Origin: a bacterium
GTDB taxonomy: Bacteria; UBA8248; JACPRG01; G963555815
DNA length: 64,000 bases
Direction: 5' to 3'
Assembly (NCBI GenBank): GCA_965261595.1
Contig: CBDHDG010000004.1
Location: forward strand, 736,001 to 800,000
The first letter of the stretch is position 1. Every line of letters begins with the position of its first letter. The notes beneath the pieces are model-generated. The model was not told where the DNA came from, did no database searches, and saw nothing but the letters and a program-made list of their open reading frames with translations. Shown in pieces: positions 1-9,920 of this stretch. The translations under genes and the position numbers were made by a program.

Positions 1-33
1 CGGCGAAGCGTGAAGCTCGTGTTGAGCGGCCAT
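1..33 (-). CDS. N-terminus of a gene running off the left edge, possibly acetamidase/formamidase family
   Basis: ATG at 33 with GGAGGGAG RBS directly after the permease stop; reads MAAQHELHASP, similar to acetamidase N-termini; only 11 codons visible. Confidence 0.4.
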   Translation of the reverse strand, partial: MAAQHELHASP

Positions 34-42
34 GGCTCCCTC

Positions 43-903
43 CTATCCTTTGACGGCCCCCATCGTCAGTCCACGGACAATATGCTTTTGGACGCAGAAG
101 ATCAGGACCAGAATCGGGAGGATGACAACGGACCCGATGGCGGCGATCACCCCCCATTCCACACCACGCTGGTTGATCAGGGAGGGGATCACGACCGGAA
201 GGGTCTTCACGTCGCCTCCTCCCAGGATCAGGGCGTAGAGAAACTCGTTCCACGAGAAGATAAAACAGAAGATGGCGGCCGAAATGATCCCCGAGCGGGC
301 CAGGGGCAGGGTCACCCGCGTGAAGGCCTGCCACCGGGTGTAGCCATCGATCATCGAGCTTTCTTCCAGTTCGATAGGGACGTCTTTGAAAAAACCGCGG
401 AGGACCCAGATGTAAAAGGACAGGTTGAACGTCAGGTGAGCCAGGATGATGACGGTGTACGTGTTCAGAAGCCGCAGGTTCGAGAACATCAGGTAGAAAG
501 GGATGGCCAGGGAGATGGCCGGGGCCATCCGGGTGGACAGGATGTACATGAAGATGTCGTCGCTGCGCCAGATCCGGAACCGGGCGAAGCTGTACGCCGC
601 CGGGGTCCCGATGACAATGACCAGCAGGGTGGTGGAGACAGACACGATGATCGAATTGAGGAAGTTCGCGCCGAATCCCTTCTCGGTGAAGGCGTCCCAA
701 TAATGGTCCGTGATGGGCGTGAAGACCCAGACCGTGGGCGTGGAGTACATGATGTTGTCCGGCTTCACACTGCTGACGAGCATCCAGATGTAGGGGAAGA
801 GCGAGTTCGCGACCACCAGACAGATCAGCACGCCCAGCACCCAGTTCTGGATCCGGCTCGATCCGCCCGACAAGCCCGATGAACTTCCGACCGTCTGCGC
901 CAA
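43..903 (-). CDS. Carbohydrate (CUT1) ABC transporter permease, MalG-like
   Basis: Multiple TM segments; EAA loop ELEESSMIDGYT; FIFSWNEFLYALIL; ends RGLTMGAVKG. Confidence 0.95.
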   Translation of the reverse strand: MAQTVGSSSGLSGGSSRIQNWVLGVLICLVVANSLFPYIWMLVSSVKPDNIMYSTPTVWVFTPITDHYWDAFTEKGFGANFLNSIIVSVSTTLLVIVIGTPAAYSFARFRIWRSDDIFMYILSTRMAPAISLAIPFYLMFSNLRLLNTYTVIILAHLTFNLSFYIWVLRGFFKDVPIELEESSMIDGYTRWQAFTRVTLPLARSGIISAAIFCFIFSWNEFLYALILGGGDVKTLPVVIPSLINQRGVEWGVIAAIGSVVILPILVLIFCVQKHIVRGLTMGAVKG

Positions 904-918
904 GGAACAACCCCCTTC

Positions 919-1848
919 TTAGAACACCTTGTACCGCTTCTGCAAGATGGTGAACAGGATTCCGAAAACGATGAAGAAGAGCAGGAAGACGACCACCGCG
1001 AGCGCGGCGCTTTCCCCCAGCTTCCAGTATTCGAAATTAAACCGGTACGCGAAGAGCGAAATAGATTCCGTCGAGACGCCCGGCCCTCCCTTCGTGAGAA
1101 TGTAGATCGTGTCGAAGATCTTGAAGGCGTCGATGAGGCGGATGAGCAGCATCACCAGGATGAACGGGCTCAGCATCGGCAGGGTGAGGTGCCGGAAGAT
1201 CTGCCACGCCGACGCCCCGTCCACCGCCGCCGCCTCATACGGCCTTTGCGGCAGCCCCCCGAGGCCGGCCAGAAACACCAGGAACATGAAAGGCGTCCAC
1301 TCCCACACGTCGATGCCGATGATGGCCGTCAACGCCCACCCCGCCCCGCCGAAAATGGACGTCTCTGTAAAGAGACCAATCCTGTGAAAGATGTTGTAGG
1401 TCAAGAACCCCCAGGGGGTGGCTAGCAAGATCTTCCACATGACGGCGATGGCGATGGGCGCCAGGACCGTCGGGATGATCGTCACCGTAACTGCCAGCCG
1501 CTTCAAGGGAAAGTTGCGATTGAACAGGTACGCGATCCCAAAACCCAGAACGAGTTCAATCGGCACGGAGGTAAGGACAATGAATGCCGTCGTCTTGAGC
1601 GAGGTCAGGAAAACCGGCTCGGAGAACAGGTTCCTATAATTTTCGAAACCTGCGAACTCTCCTGCGGTTCCGAACTTACGGAAATCGATCTTCCGAAAAC
1701 TGAGGATGATCATGTACACAAAGGGGTACATCCCAACCAGGAGCAGCGCAAGAAGGCTCGGGGAAAGAAGGGCATACGGATAGACCCCGCGTTTGAAGCG
1801 CGTCATCCTTCCGTTTATCGGATTCAAGGGTTCAACCTCACCTGCCAT
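919..1848 (-). CDS. Carbohydrate ABC transporter permease, MalF-like
   Basis: DVWEWTPFMFLVFLAGL, YEAAAVDGAS EAA loop, FKIFD-TKGGPG. Confidence 0.95.
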   Translation of the reverse strand: MAGEVEPLNPINGRMTRFKRGVYPYALLSPSLLALLLVGMYPFVYMIILSFRKIDFRKFGTAGEFAGFENYRNLFSEPVFLTSLKTTAFIVLTSVPIELVLGFGIAYLFNRNFPLKRLAVTVTIIPTVLAPIAIAVMWKILLATPWGFLTYNIFHRIGLFTETSIFGGAGWALTAIIGIDVWEWTPFMFLVFLAGLGGLPQRPYEAAAVDGASAWQIFRHLTLPMLSPFILVMLLIRLIDAFKIFDTIYILTKGGPGVSTESISLFAYRFNFEYWKLGESAALAVVVFLLFFIVFGILFTILQKRYKVF

Positions 1849-1871
1849 TCAAGCCGCCTTGTCGTGGTGAA

Positions 1872-1908
1872 GCGGGAGAGAAGGAGGCGATAACTCCCTC
1901 TCTCCCGC
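1872..1908 (-). terminator. Intercistronic stem-loop after the SBP gene (mRNA stabiliser or partial terminator)
   Basis: GCGGGAGAGA...TCTCTCCCGC inverted repeat between SBP and permease. Confidence 0.6.
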
Positions 1909-1942
1909 CTATGTTCAGCCTTTAACCGGAAAACACCTACGC

Positions 1943-3373
1943 CTACCGGTGAAACTGGTTGACGCTCGGCTGGCCCGGATTGATTGGCCCTTTGGGGTGT
2001 AGCTTCAAGGCCTTTTCCTGAAGCGCTTTCATCGCCTGCTCAACGGTTTTCTGCCCGGCCGCCGCCTGGGTAATCTGGATGATGATCTCTTCACGAACCT
2101 GAGCGTAATTCGAATAACCGGCGTCAAACCAGCCGTTCTTCATGGAGACGATTGTCGGCGCGAAGACCGGATGTTTCTTGACAAACGGAAGCTCCAGGCT
2201 GGACTTCCGCACCGGCAGACCGCTCCCCGGTCCCTCGATCCATTTCTTCTGGGTTTCCTTGGAAGACATCCACTGCACAAACAAATAGGCCGCCTTCGGG
2301 TTCTTGCTATACTTGCTGATCACCATCGGCTCTCCCTCGCCCCAACCGCTGGGCGGGATGCCGATCTCCCGGACGGGCATGGTGTCGTAGGTGTACGCAC
2401 CAACGGCCTTAGATATTTTTGGGATGTTGATCGCGAAAGCGAAATCAATCCAGTTCAGGGACTGGGCAATGTTGCCCTTTAGCATCAGGACAAACAAGTC
2501 GATAAACCCGGCCTCCGAGACACCGGGCGGCGCGAACGGGCGCAGGCCCAGCCACCACTTCGTAGCATCGATGACCGCTTGTTGATCGAAGTTAGGTCGC
2601 CCATTCTTTTCATAAAGCTTGATGCCCCAGCCGTTGAGAATGTTGTACCATTCCCACGAGAGGGACATCTCCCGCTTGCCCACTAGGCCAACGCCATAGT
2701 GGTTGACTTTGAGAACCTTGCCGGCAATCTTCTGTCCCTTCTTCCGGGTGAAAAACTCGGCGATATCCCGGAACTGCTTGTACGTTTTGGCCGGACCCAA
2801 ATCGTAACCGTATTTGCTCTTGAACGCAGCCTTCTCCGCCGGGTGACCAAACCAGTCTTGCCGGTACCAGTAGATCATCTGGAAGTTGTACGTCGGGAAG
2901 CAAGCCAGCTTCCCCCCCTCGAACAGGCAGTTGTCATCCCAAAGGGGTTGGAGGAAATCGTCCGGATCCAGGTTGGGGTCGCGGAGTTTCGGATCATTCA
3001 TGTACTTGTTAATCCACCGGACGTGGCCGTTGACTGCCCAGTCTTCTGCGCGGCTGTGATGCATCTGAAGCAGGTCGAAGTGTCCGGTCCGAGAGTAGAG
3101 ATCGGCGTCTCCCTTGGCGTCCCATTCCCCGTGGGTGTATTTTTCGACCTTGACTTTGATGCCTGTCCGCTTTGAGAAGTTCTTGATCAGTGGAAGGTAC
3201 CCTTCGATGACAGGGACCATGGCGATCCCCACCCGCAAGGTCGAGCCCTTGTAGGGCTTGGCCGCCTCCTCCAGGGACCAACTCCAGGCCGAACCGCTCA
3301 AGGCCAGCACCGAGAGTGCCGCGACCCCGAAACGCCCGACGCGCTTCCACCACCACGCCGTTTTCATTTTCAT
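1943..3373 (-). CDS. Extracellular solute-binding protein (sugar-type, family 1)
   Basis: Signal peptide ending SAWS; AAKPYKG start of mature protein; YWYRQDWF; start placed at the ATG after GGAGGGAG. Confidence 0.9.
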   Translation of the reverse strand: MKMKTAWWWKRVGRFGVAALSVLALSGSAWSWSLEEAAKPYKGSTLRVGIAMVPVIEGYLPLIKNFSKRTGIKVKVEKYTHGEWDAKGDADLYSRTGHFDLLQMHHSRAEDWAVNGHVRWINKYMNDPKLRDPNLDPDDFLQPLWDDNCLFEGGKLACFPTYNFQMIYWYRQDWFGHPAEKAAFKSKYGYDLGPAKTYKQFRDIAEFFTRKKGQKIAGKVLKVNHYGVGLVGKREMSLSWEWYNILNGWGIKLYEKNGRPNFDQQAVIDATKWWLGLRPFAPPGVSEAGFIDLFVLMLKGNIAQSLNWIDFAFAINIPKISKAVGAYTYDTMPVREIGIPPSGWGEGEPMVISKYSKNPKAAYLFVQWMSSKETQKKWIEGPGSGLPVRKSSLELPFVKKHPVFAPTIVSMKNGWFDAGYSNYAQVREEIIIQITQAAAGQKTVEQAMKALQEKALKLHPKGPINPGQPSVNQFHR

Positions 3374-3421
3374 GCTAACTCCCTCCATCCAAGTATTCTT
3401 CCGAAGCCCGCTCGAAAAAGA

Positions 3422-4522
3422 TCAGGCCCCCAACGATTCCCCCGAACGGGGGTTGAAGAAATGGTAACGGTCCGGATTGGGGACCAGCCAGGCGCGGGCG
3501 CCCGATTCGGGACGGACCTCTTTGCCCGTCTTGACCTTCAACGCATCCTCGCCCGTCCCGACGGTGACCACGCCGTATTGTCCAAGCGGTTCGTGCACGA
3601 CCACCTCCGTCTCCAGGGACGGACCCGGCGGGGGACTAAAATGAATGGCGACGTCGCTCGGCCGGAGCCCGACGGAAACCCGGCCATCGCCATTCAACCT
3701 CCCGAGCGGGCCGGAGACTCCGGGGCCGACCGGCAGGGAGGCGCCTCCGATCCTCAGCCCCCAATCGCCCCCATCGTGAGAAACGTCCGCCTCGATGATG
3801 TTCATGGGCGGATCGCCCAGAGAGCGGGCGACGTACTCATTCCTCGGGCGCTCGTAAAGGTCCGCCGGCGTTCCGGCCTGTTCCAGGACGCCTTGGTTGA
3901 ACACGGCAATCCGGTCGGCGACGGACACGGCCTCCAACTGGTCGGGCGTCGTCCAGAGCGTCGTGGCCCCGCGGCCCCTTTGCAAGTGTTTCAACCCGCC
4001 CCGGAGATGGTGTCTCAGCTTGGCGTCCAGGTGCGCGATGGGCTCGTCCAGCAAATGGACCGAGGCGTCGCGCACGAGGGCGCGTCCCAGGGCGACGCGC
4101 TGCCGCTGCCCCCCGGAAAGCTGGCGGGGAAGGCGATCGAGCAGTTGGCCGATCTCCAGCAAATCGGCCATGTCCCGCACACGGCGGCCGATTTCCTCTT
4201 CGGAAACCTTTTTGGCCACCCGAAAGGAGAAGGCCATGTTGTCGAAAACCGTCCGTTGCGGGTACAGGGCGTAGCTTTCGAACGCCATCGAAACACCTCT
4301 GGCGCGCGCCGGCAAGTCGTTGACGACGGCTCCGTCGATCCGGAGCTCCCCTTCGTCGGCGATCTCGAGCCCGGCGAGAAGCCGCATCAGGGTGGTCTTG
4401 CCCGCCCCTGAATGGCCGAGCACGACCGTCAACTCGCCCGACTCACACGTCAGGCTGAGCTCCTTCAGGGCCTCGACGCGGTCGAACCGTTTCGAGACAC
4501 GATGGAAAACAATGGCGCCCAT
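3422..4522 (-). CDS. ABC ATP-binding protein, MalK-like, degenerate H-loop
   Basis: Walker [23 protein letters not shown]-loop reads TTPDQ. Confidence 0.93.
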   Translation of the reverse strand: MGAIVFHRVSKRFDRVEALKELSLTCESGELTVVLGHSGAGKTTLMRLLAGLEIADEGELRIDGAVVNDLPARARGVSMAFESYALYPQRTVFDNMAFSFRVAKKVSEEEIGRRVRDMADLLEIGQLLDRLPRQLSGGQRQRVALGRALVRDASVHLLDEPIAHLDAKLRHHLRGGLKHLQRGRGATTLWTTPDQLEAVSVADRIAVFNQGVLEQAGTPADLYERPRNEYVARSLGDPPMNIIEADVSHDGGDWGLRIGGASLPVGPGVSGPLGRLNGDGRVSVGLRPSDVAIHFSPPPGPSLETEVVVHEPLGQYGVVTVGTGEDALKVKTGKEVRPESGARAWLVPNPDRYHFFNPRSGESLGA

Positions 4523-4530
4523 AGAAGGTT

Positions 4531-5637
4531 TCAGGCCCTTTCAGGCTTTTCTACGAAGTTGACGCCCGTCTCGGAATCGAACACGTGGAGGTGCTCTTCC
4601 GGAAACGACAATCCGACGGTTTCGCTCTCGCGGAGGCCGAGATTCCCCTCCGATTCCGACAGGAGACGCTGGTCCCCCATCCGGATGGAAGCGACGGCGG
4701 AGTCCCCGCGGGGCTCGAGCGAATAAACCTCCCCCCGCGCTCCCCCCCCCCCATCCGAAGACGACCCGCCGACGAACAGGCTCGCGGGCCGGATGCCCAC
4801 TGTCAGGCCCGCGCCCGGCCGGGCCGAGATCCTTTCCAGAATCCGTCCCGAAACGGGAATCTCGAAGCCCGGCCCCCTCAAACGGCGGCCCGCCGGATCC
4901 GCCTCGCAAGGGAGAAAATTCATCGGAGGCTCCCCGATGAAGCCCGCGACGAACAGGTTGGCGGGATGGTCGAACAGATCCTCCGGAGGACCCCATTGCT
5001 GGAGGACCCCCAGATTCATCACGGCTACACGGTCCGCGAGGGCCATGGCCTCGATTTGGTCGTGGGTCACGTACACCGTGCTGACGCCGAGGTTTCTTTG
5101 AAGCCGCTTCAGCTCCCCGCGGAGCTCGATCTTGTGTGCGCTGTCCAGATGGGAGATGGGCTCATCCATCAACAGCACCCGGGGATCCCGGACAATGGCC
5201 CGCCCGATCGAGATCCGCTGCTGGGCACCGCCGCTCAGGCGCTGAACGTTCTCATCCCGGAGACTTTGAAGCCCAAGCATGTCCAAGGCCCGCCCCACCC
5301 GCCGCTGGATTTCGGCGGACTCGACCTTTCGGATCTTCAGGGGAAAGGCGATGTTGTGGTAAACGGACATGTGGGGATAAAGGGCGTAATCCTCGAACAC
5401 CATCGCGATGTCCCGGTCTTTGGGGGAAAGGTCGTTGACCCGCTGCTCTCCGATGAACAGGTCCCCTTCGGAGATGGCTTCCAGACCGGCCAGCATTCTC
5501 AGGCTGGACGTCTTCCCGCACCCCGAGGGTCCCAACAGGGCCAAGAACTCGCCGTCCTCGCACGTGAGGTTGAGGTCCTTGACCGCTTCCACCGGGCCAT
5601 AACGCTTCCAGATGTGTTCAAAGCGGATGGTGGCCAT
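4531..5637 (-). CDS. ABC ATP-binding protein, MalK-like
   Basis: GPSGCGKT, LSGGAQQR, LMDEP, VTHDQ. Confidence 0.95.
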   Translation of the reverse strand: MATIRFEHIWKRYGPVEAVKDLNLTCEDGEFLALLGPSGCGKTSSLRMLAGLEAISEGDLFIGEQRVNDLSPKDRDIAMVFEDYALYPHMSVYHNIAFPLKIRKVESAEIQRRVGRALDMLGLQSLRDENVQRLSGGAQQRISIGRAIVRDPRVLLMDEPISHLDSAHKIELRGELKRLQRNLGVSTVYVTHDQIEAMALADRVAVMNLGVLQQWGPPEDLFDHPANLFVAGFIGEPPMNFLPCEADPAGRRLRGPGFEIPVSGRILERISARPGAGLTVGIRPASLFVGGSSSDGGGGARGEVYSLEPRGDSAVASIRMGDQRLLSESEGNLGLRESETVGLSFPEEHLHVFDSETGVNFVEKPERA

Positions 5638-5925
5638 TCCAAATCCGGACTTACACGCGTTCCGAGTTGCATCACTGTGGATATCGTCCTCAGGACACGG
5701 GCACCCAACAGGTTCAACCCCTGGTTGATTCTCTCAAAAAGATAACGCACTTTAATGGAAACGGGCTGTCCATGCAACCGGACCGGAAAAAATACAGCCT
5801 GTTCGGATCTCCGGCCTGATTCCGGCCGGCGGCCGGTTGATTTCGGCCGAGGGAAGCCTTACCGTTGCAGGCCGGAAAAGGGACCGCGCCGACTAAGCGA
5901 GCAGGGTTCACGGGAGACGATACGG

Positions 5926-6666
5926 ATGGTGGACGGCAACGGCGAAAAAAACTACGTCCTGGTGCACGGCTCCTGCCACGGCGCTTTCTGCTGGGAAGAG
6001 GTCATCGCCCACATGGAGAGGCAGGGAAAGCGGGCTTACGCCCTGGACCTGCCGGGGCACGGGGAGCGGATTCCCGAGCGTCCCAACGTCCGGTACGACG
6101 ATTATCCCAACGCCGTGGTCGAATTCATCGAGGGGCGGGATTTGAACCATGTCGTCCTGGTCGGTCACAGCATGGCGGGGATCATCATCCCCAAGACCGC
6201 TGAAAGGGTCACGCGCCGTCTGGCGCATCTGGTGTTTCTCTCAGCCTTTATTTTGGAGGACGGCGAATCGCTCGTGGACAACTGCCCCGAGGAGCAGCAG
6301 GGGCTGTTCGGTGACCTGGCCGCGGCCAGTCCGGACAACACGGTGATGTTCCCGGAGGACGTCTTCCTGGGATTTTTCGCGAACGGGATGGATATGGAAA
6401 AAGCGAAGGCGGCATACAAAAAGCTCACGCCGACGCCCTATCATCCCTATGTCCAGAAGGTGGATCTAAAGAAGTTCTACGCGCTGGAGCTGCCCATGTC
6501 CTACATCTTCTGCAAACAGGACAAGGCCCTGCCCGACGGCTGGTGGCATCCCAAAATGTCGAGCCGGCTGAAAAACCACACCTACGCCGAAATCGACACC
6601 TGCCACGAGGTCATGTTCTCCGAGCCGGAGGCGTGCGCGGAGGAGATCATCCGGATGGCGGGGTGA
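5926..6666 (+). CDS. Alpha/beta hydrolase (methylesterase / salicylate-esterase-like)
   Basis: VLVHGSCHGAFCW, DLPGHG, nucleophile GHSMAG, DKAL, catalytic His in DTCHEVM; start after GGGAGA. Confidence 0.9.
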   Translation: MVDGNGEKNYVLVHGSCHGAFCWEEVIAHMERQGKRAYALDLPGHGERIPERPNVRYDDYPNAVVEFIEGRDLNHVVLVGHSMAGIIIPKTAERVTRRLAHLVFLSAFILEDGESLVDNCPEEQQGLFGDLAAASPDNTVMFPEDVFLGFFANGMDMEKAKAAYKKLTPTPYHPYVQKVDLKKFYALELPMSYIFCKQDKALPDGWWHPKMSSRLKNHTYAEIDTCHEVMFSEPEACAEEIIRMAG

Positions 6667-6688
6667 GGGGGGCGGTGCACCGATCCCG

Positions 6689-7513
6689 TTACTTCGAAAC
6701 TCCCTTGAGAAATTCCGTCACCAGCTTGGCGCACTCCTCCGGGGCCTCGACCATTGTCGTGTGGGACAGGCCGGGCATGAGGACCAGCGTGGCGTTTTGG
6801 ATCCCCGCCGCGATGCCGCGCGTCCCTACGCCGCTGGGACCGGGGTCCACGGGCGTCATGATGTCCGCGTCCCCCGTGTAAACGAGCGTGGGGGCGGTGA
6901 TCTTCCCCAGGTCTTCGATCAGGTCCATCTCGCTCATGGCCTGGCAGGCGCGTTTGAAAATTTCCACGTCGTTGTTCTTCTCCAGGATCGACCGGATGAA
7001 CTCCACGGTTTCCGGCCCCTCGGAGCTGTCGAGGTGCTTGTACGAGCAGGCCTGAACGGCGCAAAGCGAGGCCAGGGCCAGCGAGCCCATTCCCTCCCGC
7101 TCGGCGATCGAGGCGTGGGTGCGGAAGTTGATCTTCGAGGCGTAGTCGAACTTGGCCATCGCGCAGTTGAGGACAAGGCCGAGAATGCGGTCCGGATACT
7201 TCGCCCCAAATTTGATGGCGATCATCCCTCCCATTGATGTCCCGTTGATGTGGGCCTTTTCGATCCCCAGGTGGTCCAGGAGCCCCACGGCGTCGTCCGC
7301 CCAAACTTCCATGTCGTATTTCTGGATGGGCCGCTCAGAAAGTCCGTAGCCCCGCATGTCGTACCAGATGATCTGAAAGTCCTTCTCCCAATACGGGACG
7401 ATCGGCGCAAAGTTGTCGTGGCCGAACCCGGAGCCGTGGATGGTCAACATCGGCTCCCCCTCCCCGAAAACCTCGTACCAGATTTTTGCTCCGTTGATCG
7501 TGGCTTCAGACAT
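6689..7513 (-). CDS. Alpha/beta hydrolase (enol-lactonase / RutD-like)
   Basis: IHGSG, YDMRGYGLS, GTSMGG, SH near C-terminus. Confidence 0.9.
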   Translation of the reverse strand: MSEATINGAKIWYEVFGEGEPMLTIHGSGFGHDNFAPIVPYWEKDFQIIWYDMRGYGLSERPIQKYDMEVWADDAVGLLDHLGIEKAHINGTSMGGMIAIKFGAKYPDRILGLVLNCAMAKFDYASKINFRTHASIAEREGMGSLALASLCAVQACSYKHLDSSEGPETVEFIRSILEKNNDVEIFKRACQAMSEMDLIEDLGKITAPTLVYTGDADIMTPVDPGPSGVGTRGIAAGIQNATLVLMPGLSHTTMVEAPEECAKLVTEFLKGVSK

Positions 7514-7588
7514 GCAAACTCCTCCCGCTGAATTTGATGCCGGCGCGGTCCATCAGAAGAGGCCGGTCCCGCCGTCAGGGGCGCGCCC

Positions 7589-9874
7589 TCAAGCGTTTTT
7601 TCCTCGGAGGGCGTCGAGCACCCGCTCCGCCGTCACGGGAAGCTCCCTGATCTGGACGCCGATGGCGTCGAACACGGCGTTGGCGATGGCCGGCGCCGTC
7701 GGGACGATCCCCGGCTCGCCCACCCCTTTCGCGCCGTAAGGTCCCGTCGGCTCGCCCTCTTCCACGAGCAGCGCGGCGATCTCCGGCGTGTCCATCGAGG
7801 TGGGAATTTCGTATTGGGCGAAATCGGCGGTCAGCATCCTGCCCGTTCCGGCTTCGAAGACCAGCTCCTCCATCGTTCCATAGCCGATCCCCTGGGCGAC
7901 CCCGCCCTCGACCTGCCCCTCGACGACGAGGGGGTTCAGGGCCCGGCCCACGTCGTGGGCGGCGACGAAACGCACGAGCTCGACCTCGCCCGTCTCCGGG
8001 TCCACCTCGACCTCGGCGAACTGGGCGCCGAAGGGCGGCGCGTTGGTGGGCGGCGTATAGTCGGCGCGGCCGACGATCTCATGCGGCGCGTCGCCGTATT
8101 GGGCGTCGAAGGCCACCGCGCCCACGCTCAGCGTCTTGCCCGGCGTCGATTTCACGGTGACCTCGCCGTCCACGATGTCGAGGTCGTCCACCGAGGCCTC
8201 GAGCATCTTGGCGGCGTGCTCCAGGACCTGCTGCCGCGCGTCCGCCGCGGCCAGCTTCGCCGCCATCCCCCCCACGTAGGCCTGGCGCGTCGCGTACGCC
8301 CCGTTGTCGTAGGGAGAAAGGTCGGTGTCGATGACGCGGTTGGTCTCGACATCGTCCAGCGAAACCCCGAACGCCTCGGCCGCCACCTGGGCGGTCGTCG
8401 TCTCGATCCCCTGGCCGGTGTCGGCGACGCCCATGCTCAGTTGAAGACCCCCGTCCTCGAGAACCCGGGCCGTGGCCGAGGAAGCCTCCAGGGCGAACGG
8501 GGCCGCGCCGCTGGCGATGGTAAAGACGGCCGCGCCGACGCCGCGCAGCTTCCCGTTGCGCCCGCCATTCGCCGACCGCTTCTCTTTCCAGCCGATGGCC
8601 TCCGCCCCCGCGTCGATGCACTTGCGCAGCTCGCAGGACTCGATGGTCCACTGCGTGGCCGGATGCACGTCCCCCGATCGGATGTGGTTCTTCCGGCGCA
8701 GGTCCAGCGGGTCCATCCCGATCTCCCGGGCCAAGTGGTCCATGTGCAGCTCGGAGGCGTACGTCCCCTGCGGAACGCCGTAGCCCCGGAAGGCCCCGGC
8801 GATGGGAAGGTTCGTATAGACCGTCCGGCCGTCGAAGAGAAAGTTCGGCGAGCGGTAGAGCCCCACCCACATCGCGCCCAAGTAGGCGGTGACGATGGGT
8901 CCGTGGCTGCTGAACGCGCCCGTGTTCGCGACGGCGTGAAGGGAGCGCGCCGTGATGACGCCGTCCTTCGTCACGCCCGTTTTCGATGTCATCACGTAGG
9001 GGTGCCGGTGCCGGGTGGCGCTGAACGTCTCTTCCCGGGTGTATTCGAGCTTGACGGGGCGGTGTCCCGCCGCTTTCGACAGCAGGGCGCAAAGCGGCTC
9101 CTCCTGCATGTCCTGCTTGCACCCGAACCCGCCGCCGACGATGGGCTTGAACACCCGAATCTTCCGCACGGGGACGCCCAGGGCATCGTGCATCAGCCGG
9201 CGGAGGGTGAAGGGAATCTGCGTCGAGGACCACACGTTCAACTTGCCGGTCGCCTCGTAGTGGCAGATCGCCACGACGGGCTCCAGCATGGAGTGCGCCT
9301 GGCCGGGGACCTCGCACCGGGTCTCGATGACGAAATCGGCCTCGGCGAACCCCTTCTCGACGTCCCCATCCTCCATGCGGATGACGGCCACCGTGTTCTT
9401 GCCGTGCTCAAGATCCTCCTGGATGTCGACGGCGTCTTCCGCCACGCTGTCCACCGGGTCGAAGCACGCGGGGAGGATCTCATACTCGACCTCGATGAGG
9501 TCGATGGCCTCCCGGGCGAGGTCATTCGTATCCGCGGCGACGGCCGCGATCTTGTCGCCGACGTACCGCACCTTGTGGTCCAGGATGAACTGGTCGTCGG
9601 GCGTGGGGTCCGGGGGGGGGTGGCCCGCCGTGGTGAACTTGTTCCGCGGGACGTCGTCCGGCGTGATGACCGCGCGCACGCCGGGAAGCGCCAGCGCCTT
9701 GGACGCGTCCACCTTCAGAATCCGGGCGTGGGCGTGCGGGCTCCGCAGGATCTTCGCGTGGAGCATCCCCGGAAAGGTCATGTCCACGGTGTAAATCCCC
9801 GTGCCGGCGGCCTTGTCGGCGGCGTCCTTCAACGGCAATCCGTGACCGACGACTTTCAAAGGCTCAATGCCCAT
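7589..9874 (-). CDS. Xanthine dehydrogenase family molybdopterin-binding subunit
   Basis: LRSPHAHA, VGGGFGCK, AFRGYGVPQ, GQVEGGVAQGIG, GAKGVGE; start after AGGAGG. Confidence 0.95.
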   Translation of the reverse strand: MGIEPLKVVGHGLPLKDAADKAAGTGIYTVDMTFPGMLHAKILRSPHAHARILKVDASKALALPGVRAVITPDDVPRNKFTTAGHPPPDPTPDDQFILDHKVRYVGDKIAAVAADTNDLAREAIDLIEVEYEILPACFDPVDSVAEDAVDIQEDLEHGKNTVAVIRMEDGDVEKGFAEADFVIETRCEVPGQAHSMLEPVVAICHYEATGKLNVWSSTQIPFTLRRLMHDALGVPVRKIRVFKPIVGGGFGCKQDMQEEPLCALLSKAAGHRPVKLEYTREETFSATRHRHPYVMTSKTGVTKDGVITARSLHAVANTGAFSSHGPIVTAYLGAMWVGLYRSPNFLFDGRTVYTNLPIAGAFRGYGVPQGTYASELHMDHLAREIGMDPLDLRRKNHIRSGDVHPATQWTIESCELRKCIDAGAEAIGWKEKRSANGGRNGKLRGVGAAVFTIASGAAPFALEASSATARVLEDGGLQLSMGVADTGQGIETTTAQVAAEAFGVSLDDVETNRVIDTDLSPYDNGAYATRQAYVGGMAAKLAAADARQQVLEHAAKMLEASVDDLDIVDGEVTVKSTPGKTLSVGAVAFDAQYGDAPHEIVGRADYTPPTNAPPFGAQFAEVEVDPETGEVELVRFVAAHDVGRALNPLVVEGQVEGGVAQGIGYGTMEELVFEAGTGRMLTADFAQYEIPTSMDTPEIAALLVEEGEPTGPYGAKGVGEPGIVPTAPAIANAVFDAIGVQIRELPVTAERVLDALRGKNA

Positions 9875-9920
9875 GCCTATCAACCTCCTGTTGTGGCTGG
9901 GACACTTACGCGCCAGCCAA

